Shown in pieces: positions 15,722 to 21,957 of a stretch of 21,957 nt of DNA. Each line of letters opens with the position of its first letter. Position 1 is the stretch's first letter. Under the pieces are notes generated by a model. The model was given only the letters and a program-made list of their open reading frames with translations, was not told the DNA's origin and did not search any database. The position numbers and the translations under genes were made by a program. Origin of the DNA: a virus (lineage: Duplodnaviria > Heunggongvirae > Uroviricota > Caudoviricetes); IMG/VR virus record IMGVR_UViG_2606217100_000005; one strand, 5' to 3'.

Positions 15722-16285
15722 ATGAGGCTAACCGTGGGTAAGCATCACTGGAAAGTAGAAAAACAGCCTGAGTGGTACGTGAAAGCTGTCAGAAAAACTA
15801 TCGCGGCGTTGCCGGGGGGTTACGCTGAAGCTGCTGAGTGGCTGGATGTAACAGAGAACGCTTTATTCAACCGCCTTCGTGCAGATGGCGATCAGATTTT
15901 CCCGCTGGGATGGGCAATGATTTTACAGCGCGCGGCTGGCACTCACTACATTGCGGATGCTGTCGCACAGTCTGCTGGTGGGGTGTTTGTATCGCTTCCT
16001 GAAATTGAGGAAGTAGAGAACGCCGATATAAACCAGCGCCTGCTGGAAGTCATCGAACAGATCGGGAATTACTCAAAGCAGATTCGTTCGGCAATCGAAG
16101 ATGGGGTCGTGGAGCCACACGAGCAGACAGCAATTAATGATGAGTTGTATCTGTCAATTTCGAAGCTCCAGGAGCATGCAGCACTGGTCTACAAAATCTT
16201 TTGCGCTCCAGAAAAGAGTGACGCCCGCGAGTGTGCAGCTCCGGGCGTCGTGGCGTTTTGTGTCTGTGGAGAAACTAACGCATGA
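15722..16285 (+). CDS. CII-like phage regulatory protein (CP76-like family), 187 aa
   Basis: Sits in the cII slot after cro. The segment LFNRLRADGDQIFPLGWAMILQRAAGTHYIADAVAQSAGGVFVSLPE resembles the phage CII regulatory family from memory. Stop overlaps the next ATG (ATGA). Confidence 0.5.
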   Translation: MRLTVGKHHWKVEKQPEWYVKAVRKTIAALPGGYAEAAEWLDVTENALFNRLRADGDQIFPLGWAMILQRAAGTHYIADAVAQSAGGVFVSLPEIEEVENADINQRLLEVIEQIGNYSKQIRSAIEDGVVEPHEQTAINDELYLSISKLQEHAALVYKIFCAPEKSDARECAAPGVVAFCVCGETNA

Positions 16286-16430
16286 ACAGTTTAACGGCAA
16301 ATAACCGTTTGTCGCAACAGCTGGTGGTCAGTGTCGCTGCACACCTGTTGTTACGGCATGAATGCAGATTACCAAATCACCTGGCTGTAAGTAACCACAG
16401 AGAACTTTACCTGACTGTGGGGGGCGAGTT

Positions 16431-16610
16431 GTGCAGGAACTTAACCGCTGGTTTCGTGACGGAAGAGGGCTTTATGTCCATGTTATTCGTTGGGAGCCAG
16501 AAACACAGCGCGTTATCTATCTTCGCAAAGACTACCCGCATGAGTGCTTTAGTCCTTTGTGGAAATTCAGGCGTGATTTTGTTGAGTGTGAAGGACCACC
16601 AGCACATTGA
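16431..16610 (+). CDS. Possible small Cys/His-containing protein, 59 aa from GTG
   Basis: Frame-3 translation VQELNRWFRDGRGLYVHVIRWEPETQRVIYLRKDYPHECFSPLWKFRRDFVECEGPPAH looks protein-like, with a GGGGGG run upstream as a possible SD. It is hidden inside a longer, less convincing 236-aa frame-1 ORF. Confidence 0.3.
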   Translation: MQELNRWFRDGRGLYVHVIRWEPETQRVIYLRKDYPHECFSPLWKFRRDFVECEGPPAH

Positions 16611-16915
16611 TTCTGCCATTCCGGGACGTTACACTGTTCAGGCACCTTATAAAGCGGGTGCCGGGATTGGCGTCCTGGAAATGTTATCGGCGATATATGA
16701 CGCGCCAGCGTCTTTTTTATCGTCTGCGTCTGCGCACACCCAAATTATGGTGGGCTGGACGGGGGCACCGAAAGGTGCGCCGGTTTCCGATAACGCCGGT
16801 TACGCCAACCCCGTTCAGTTCACCACCAGCGAAATTGGCGTTTCCGGTGGTGAAGGTAATTCACTGTTATCGGAGGCTGCCATCATGGCTACTGTCCCAG
16901 CCCTCACTCGTCTGA

Positions 16916-17395
16916 ATGATGAAGACTTACATAAACTCAGTTATTGCACCGCCAGATATTCCGGCAGGCTTCGTGGCTGTTTTCAACAGTGATGAGGCAT
17001 CGTGGCATCTCGTTGAAGATCATCGGGGTAAAACGGTTTATGACGTAGCGTCAGGGGACGCGTTATTTATTTCTGAACTCGGTCCGTTACCGGAAAATGT
17101 TACCTGGTTATCGCCGGAAGGGGAGTTTCAGAAGTGGAACGGCACAGCCTGGGTGAAAGATGCAGAAGCAGAAAAACTGTTCCGGATCCGGGAGGCGGAA
17201 GAAACAAAAAACAGCCTGATGCAGGTAGCCAGTGAGCATATTGCGCCACTTCAGGATGCTGTAGATCTGGAAATCGCAACGGAGGAAGAAACCTCATTGC
17301 TGGAAGCCTGGAAAAAGTATCGGGTGTTGCTGAACCGTGTTGATACATCAACTGCACCGGATATTGAGTGGCCAGAAGAACCAGACACCGTGTAA
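16916..17395 (+). CDS. Tail fibre assembly protein (lambda Tfa family), N-terminally shortened, 159 aa
   Basis: From [52 protein letters not shown]... to the end it closely follows lambda Tfa as recalled. The first 9 residues are unrelated and no tail fibre gene precedes it. Confidence 0.8.
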   Translation: MMKTYINSVIAPPDIPAGFVAVFNSDEASWHLVEDHRGKTVYDVASGDALFISELGPLPENVTWLSPEGEFQKWNGTAWVKDAEAEKLFRIREAEETKNSLMQVASEHIAPLQDAVDLEIATEEETSLLEAWKKYRVLLNRVDTSTAPDIEWPEEPDTV

Positions 17396-17404
17396 GCAAA
17401 AAAG

Positions 17405-17444
17405 AAAAACCGCAGACACGACGTATGCATGACGTGCTGCGGTT
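17405..17444. terminator. Bidirectional hairpin terminator between the tfa-like and GIY-YIG genes
   Basis: AACCGCAG...CTGCGGTT stem with an internal palindromic segment; A/T runs on both sides (AAAAAAGAAAAA upstream). Confidence 0.55.
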
Positions 17445-17464
17445 TATGCTTATCACTTAAAGAC

Positions 17465-18283
<819 letters not shown>

Positions 18284-18644
18284 TCATTGCAAGGGCTCAC
18301 AACCAGTAGTGTTGAGAAAACCATCGGAGAAATGAGGCTAAGCCTTTGAATTTACATAGTACAAAAAAGATACTTTTCCTCATAATGTGAGCTAATTTTA
18401 TGTTTCGTTTGATGATTGGACCGGTCTCGAAAACCGTAGACACATAGTATGCGTTAATTTATGAACAAACTACTTGTCTGCTGTTTTTCTGTCATTAGTC
18501 GTATATAGAATGATTCTCTATGCCTAACAAAGCATCACCAGTGCTAGATTACGTTGTAGTCACTGTTTAAATATCCAGATAAAACATTTCCTTCTGGGTT
18601 GAATGAGTGATAAAGTTTCACCCATTAGACCCCTTGGAGGAATT

Positions 18645-20078
18645 ATGTCTGAATTTGAAGTGTTGGCACAGCATCTGCTGAAGGAAGCCGAGGCGGAAGA
18701 AAAGCTGCGACAGGAAAATGATAAAAAGCTTATCGAGAAAGTGCTGGAAATCTATGATCAGAAGTATGTGGCTGAATTACTGAGAAAAGTCGGAAAAAAT
18801 GAGTGGAGCCGTGAAACCATTAACCGCTGGATTAATGGCAAGTGTTTACCAAAATCGTTGACTTCAGTAGAAGAGTCTCTTCTGCGTAAGATGCTACCAG
18901 AACCACCTGCAAACCATCCGGAATATGCTTTCCGCTTCATTGACTTATTTGCTGGAATTGGAGGGATACGGAAAGGTTTTGAGGCCATTGGAGGCCAGTG
19001 TGTTTTTACCAGTGAATGGAATAAAGATGCTGTGCGTACATACAAGGCCAACTGGTTTAACGATGAACAGGTGCATAAATTCAATCTCGATATTCGGGAA
19101 GTCACGCTGAGTGATAAAACCGATGTATTGGAAACGGATGCTTATGCATATATTGATGAGCATGTGCCGGATCATGATGTGCTTCTTGCGGGGTTCCCGT
19201 GCCAGCCATTTAGCCTTGCTGGTGTTAGTAAGAAAAACTCACTTGGTCGTGCGCATGGTTTTGAATGTGAAGCACAAGGAACACTTTTTTTTGACGTGGC
19301 ACGTATTATACGAGCAAAAAAACCGGCAATTTTTGTGCTGGAAAATGTCAAAAATCTGAAGAGCCATGATAAGGGTAAAACTTTCAAAGTCATTATGGAG
19401 ACCCTTGACGAGCTGGGCTACGAAGTTGCCGATGCTGCAGAAATGGGAAAAAACGATCCAAAGATTATCGATGGGAAGCATTTTTTGCCTCAGCATCGTG
19501 AACGCATTGTTCTGGTCGGATTTAGACGAGATCTGAATATTCACAAGGGGTTTACCTTGCGTGATATCAGTCGTTTTTATCCGGAACACCGCCCATCATT
19601 TGGTGAATTGCTGGAGCCTGTAGTCGACAGTAAATATATACTTACGCCAAAACTATGGGAGTACCTTTATAACTACGCCAAAAAGCATGCAGCCAAGGGG
19701 AATGGTTTTGGCTTTGGGTTGGTCAATCCTGAGAATAAGGAAAGCATTGCACGCACACTTTCTGCCAGATATCACAAAGACGGATCAGAAATTCTTATTG
19801 ATCGTGGTTGGGATATGGCAACGGGAGAGGCTGACTTTATGAATGAGAGTAATCAGGCTCGTCGACCACGCAGGCTGACTCCCCGAGAGTGCGCACGCCT
19901 TATGGGATTTGAAAAACCTGGAGGGAAACCATTCCGTATTCCGGTTTCAGATACTCAGTCATATCGGCAGTTCGGTAACTCAGTTGTGGTGCCAGTATTT
20001 GAAGCTGTTGCCAGACTTCTGGAACCCTATATCCTCAAAGCTGTTTCTGCTGATGCTGGTAAGACTGGGCAGCCTTGA
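18645..20078 (+). CDS. DNA (cytosine-5) methyltransferase, Dcm/M.EcoRII family (CCWGG-type), 477 aa from ATG 18645 (ORF opens at 18603)
   Basis: Motif [19 protein letters not shown], motif [19 protein letters not shown], and a C-terminal [10 protein letters not shown]; extensive similarity to E. coli Dcm as recalled. GGAGG 5 nt upstream of ATG 18645. Confidence 0.9.
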   Translation: MSEFEVLAQHLLKEAEAEEKLRQENDKKLIEKVLEIYDQKYVAELLRKVGKNEWSRETINRWINGKCLPKSLTSVEESLLRKMLPEPPANHPEYAFRFIDLFAGIGGIRKGFEAIGGQCVFTSEWNKDAVRTYKANWFNDEQVHKFNLDIREVTLSDKTDVLETDAYAYIDEHVPDHDVLLAGFPCQPFSLAGVSKKNSLGRAHGFECEAQGTLFFDVARIIRAKKPAIFVLENVKNLKSHDKGKTFKVIMETLDELGYEVADAAEMGKNDPKIIDGKHFLPQHRERIVLVGFRRDLNIHKGFTLRDISRFYPEHRPSFGELLEPVVDSKYILTPKLWEYLYNYAKKHAAKGNGFGFGLVNPENKESIARTLSARYHKDGSEILIDRGWDMATGEADFMNESNQARRPRRLTPRECARLMGFEKPGGKPFRIPVSDTQSYRQFGNSVVVPVFEAVARLLEPYILKAVSADAGKTGQP

Positions 20079-20112
20079 GAACATCTCCCGGCCTTTTAAG
20101 CCGGGAGTCAGC

Positions 20113-21327
20113 CTATGATAGTTCAGCGTAAAGCTCTATCAGCTCAGTAATGAATGCTCCGAGCGTTATTAATTCTTCTCTAACTGCTTCTGGGTATTTT
20201 TTATGTAAAGTTGATGGTACAACGAGTCTGACACCCGCATCTTTCATTTCTCGGTATTGTGCTGAAGAAACACCTTCTTGCAGTGTAAATAAATGTACCT
20301 GATGGATTTTATCTGCTTCATTCAGTATCTGACGCCAGCGATCTTTGCAGGTGGTCTTTACTGCCAGCATACGTAAGTTTTCTACAGGAAATTCAACGTT
20401 ATGATATGCCTCTGCTGAAGGAAACAGGAAATCTGGTTTTTTATTACCTTCAGTAACTGCCTGAGTGGAGAAATGCCGTAGTCCGTGCTCGATAAAAAGC
20501 TTCTCTAGGTGAAGTTCAAGTGATTTGCCTGCCCTTGATTTACGTCGATTACTGACAGAGTTGGCTAATGCAATAAACTCATCTACAGAATCGAATCCTT
20601 TCTTAATAATATCAAGAACATGTAATTCCTCGACGAGTAGAAAAATATCATACTCGACACGCCGACGGTCAATCAGTTGCTCATCTGGATCCTTGGAGTT
20701 TTTAGCATAATGGCCAGCAGCATATTGAATAATTTCGTTTCCAGAAGGAAAACGCTTCTTCCAGTCTTCAGGAATAACATATTTATGATTTACTGGAGTT
20801 TGCTGAAGAGACAATCCGCCCAAAATTTGTCCGGCAGGGCCGGAAATTAGGGTTCCAGGTATGATTTCGCCAATAGCAGACTCGATGATATCCTCTTCAT
20901 CGGGATTGACGCAGACCCATATATCTACCTCGGAACAGTCAGTGTTCTGTTCGTTTAACCTGAAAGCAAGAATTGTGAGGGCTCCTGTATTTTCAGGGTT
21001 CTGTAATGGACTTCCTCTCCCCCAGCGCGTAATTCTTTTTTCGTTTCGGGTCTTACCAAAATAACGGTTGTTGTAATAAATTGCGCGTGCTTGGGTATCA
21101 GGGCAATCATGGGATGATACATGCGCAGTAAGGAAGACTGAAGGGTTCAGTTCGCGAGTATGATTGATAGATGGAAAAAGCTTTTCAACGATATTTGAGG
21201 GGATATAAAGTCCGACCTGATGGCCACCTGTTGCGCCTGTGTCGTTTGCAGAAAGGCGTTTGATGTAGATAAAGTAATTCCCGCTTGCGATATCAAGCAG
21301 CCAGTTATGAAAAACCGACATATACAT
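20113..21327 (-). CDS. EcoRII-like type IIE restriction endonuclease, 402-404 aa
   Basis: Convergent with the Dcm-family methyltransferase; length and N-terminus (M)SVFHNWLL...YIKRLSANDTGATGGHQVGLYIPS match EcoRII as recalled. Confidence 0.75.
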   Translation of the reverse strand: MYMSVFHNWLLDIASGNYFIYIKRLSANDTGATGGHQVGLYIPSNIVEKLFPSINHTRELNPSVFLTAHVSSHDCPDTQARAIYYNNRYFGKTRNEKRITRWGRGSPLQNPENTGALTILAFRLNEQNTDCSEVDIWVCVNPDEEDIIESAIGEIIPGTLISGPAGQILGGLSLQQTPVNHKYVIPEDWKKRFPSGNEIIQYAAGHYAKNSKDPDEQLIDRRRVEYDIFLLVEELHVLDIIKKGFDSVDEFIALANSVSNRRKSRAGKSLELHLEKLFIEHGLRHFSTQAVTEGNKKPDFLFPSAEAYHNVEFPVENLRMLAVKTTCKDRWRQILNEADKIHQVHLFTLQEGVSSAQYREMKDAGVRLVVPSTLHKKYPEAVREELITLGAFITELIELYAELS

Positions 21328-21402
21328 CCCTTTGTTAACATACAGTCAGGGTTAACATTTTTCCATAGTTATAGATAAGCGGCTAGGAACTTAAGGGAAA
21401 AA

Positions 21403-21430
21403 CAAAAAGCCCGCATAAGCGGGCTTTTGT
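21403..21430 (-). terminator. Intrinsic terminator downstream of ssrA (minus strand), also insulating the restriction gene
   Basis: Plus strand AAAAAGCCCGCATAAGCGGGCTTTTGTG; on the minus strand stem AGCCCGC/GCGGGCU followed by UUUUUGUU. Same stem family as the terminator at 7664-7697. Confidence 0.65.
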
Positions 21431-21555
21431 GTCACTCGAGAGCCGCGGCTCCTTTGCGTATCCTTTTTTGTCTCCTCACCGTCTGGTCGGTGTCCTGCTG
21501 AGACTGCTAACTTCCTGTTTTTGTTGGTGTTGTCCTTACACCGTCCAATCATGAT

Positions 21556-21918
21556 TGGTGGAGCTGGCGGGAGTTGAACCCGCGTCCGAAATTCCTACAT
21601 CCTCGGTACTACATGCTTAGTCAGTCTTTACATTCGCTTGCCAGCTGCGGACGGACACGCCACTAACAAACTAGCCTGATTAAGTTTTAACGCTTCAACC
21701 CCAGGCAGGGCTTCCACGCGATCTCTTTTGGGTTTGACCTCTCTTGATCCCCGTCCTAAGAGCGGAGGCTAGGGAGAGAGGGCTCTAAGCAGGTTATTAA
21801 GCTGCTAAAGCGTAGTTTTCGTCGTTTGCGACTATTTTTTGCGGCTTTTTACGAGGCCAACCGCCCCTCGGCATGCACCTTGGGTTTCGCAAATCCCGTC
21901 GAATCCAGAATCAGCCCC
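21556..21918 (-). ncRNA. ssrA: tmRNA (SsrA), complete, 363 nt
   Basis: Reverse complement begins GGGGCTGATTCTGGATTCGACGGGATTTGCGAAACCC, contains the tag-peptide reading frame GCAAACGACGAAAACTACGCTTTAGCAGCTTAA (ANDENYALAA), and ends ...GGTTCAACTCCCGCCAGCTCCACCA; matches E. coli ssrA from memory. Confidence 0.97.
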
Positions 21919-21957
21919 AATGTGTAAAGGTAAGTATACCAGATTTATGAGCGCCAT

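Noticed and set aside
16282-16992. 236-aa ORF as a single genuine gene
   Set aside because: Protein-likeness is uneven along its length, a better small ORF lies in another frame within it, and its 3' end overlaps the tfa start by 77 nt; treated as composite or spurious pending a search.
18603-18644. Upstream ATG at 18603 as the methyltransferase start (491 aa)
   Set aside because: The ATG at 18645 has a GGAGG RBS at ideal spacing and gives 477 aa, the length expected for Dcm/M.EcoRII-type enzymes.
18758-19589. Minus- and plus-frame ORFs inside the methyltransferase gene (18758-19105, 18925-19110, 18945-19175, 19111-19359, 19172-19393, 19239-19589)
   Set aside because: All overlap the strongly supported methyltransferase reading frame and lack independent support.
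20079-20112. vsr-like mismatch endonuclease gene following the Dcm-family methyltransferase
   Set aside because: Only 34 nt separate the methyltransferase stop from the convergent restriction gene; no ORF of vsr size is present.

Overview
This window is an Escherichia coli-type ssrA (tmRNA) integration hotspot carrying two integrated elements in tandem. All calls rest on reading the sequence and on recalled protein families; no database search was run, and GC content was judged by eye.

Layout, right to left:
- A complete ssrA gene lies on the minus strand at 21556-21918.
- Element 1 (about 21555 down to 7764) is a lambdoid prophage remnant: EcoRII-like restriction-modification pair, GIY-YIG protein, shortened tail fibre assembly gene, CII-like, Cro-like, CI-like repressor with PL/OR-like signals, YfdP/Q/R-like early genes, an AT-rich membrane protein, xis and int, then a two-gene cargo pair.
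- A 32-bp copy of the ssrA 3' end at 7732-7763 marks the junction.
- Element 2 (7763 leftwards) has a P4/CP4-57-type integrase, then an AT-rich operon of a large serine recombinase plus two paralogous ParB-like proteins, a 1.4-kb AT-rich non-coding tract, and a short HsdM-like gene fragment cut off by a partial IS3 at the window edge.

No CRISPR array, rRNA or tRNA was seen.

Best candidates for an undescribed system, in order: the recombinase plus two-ParB operon (no ParA partner), the overlapping 271-aa/127-aa pair between att repeat and integrase, the 288-aa membrane protein in the early-left operon, and the GIY-YIG protein beside the restriction-modification pair.
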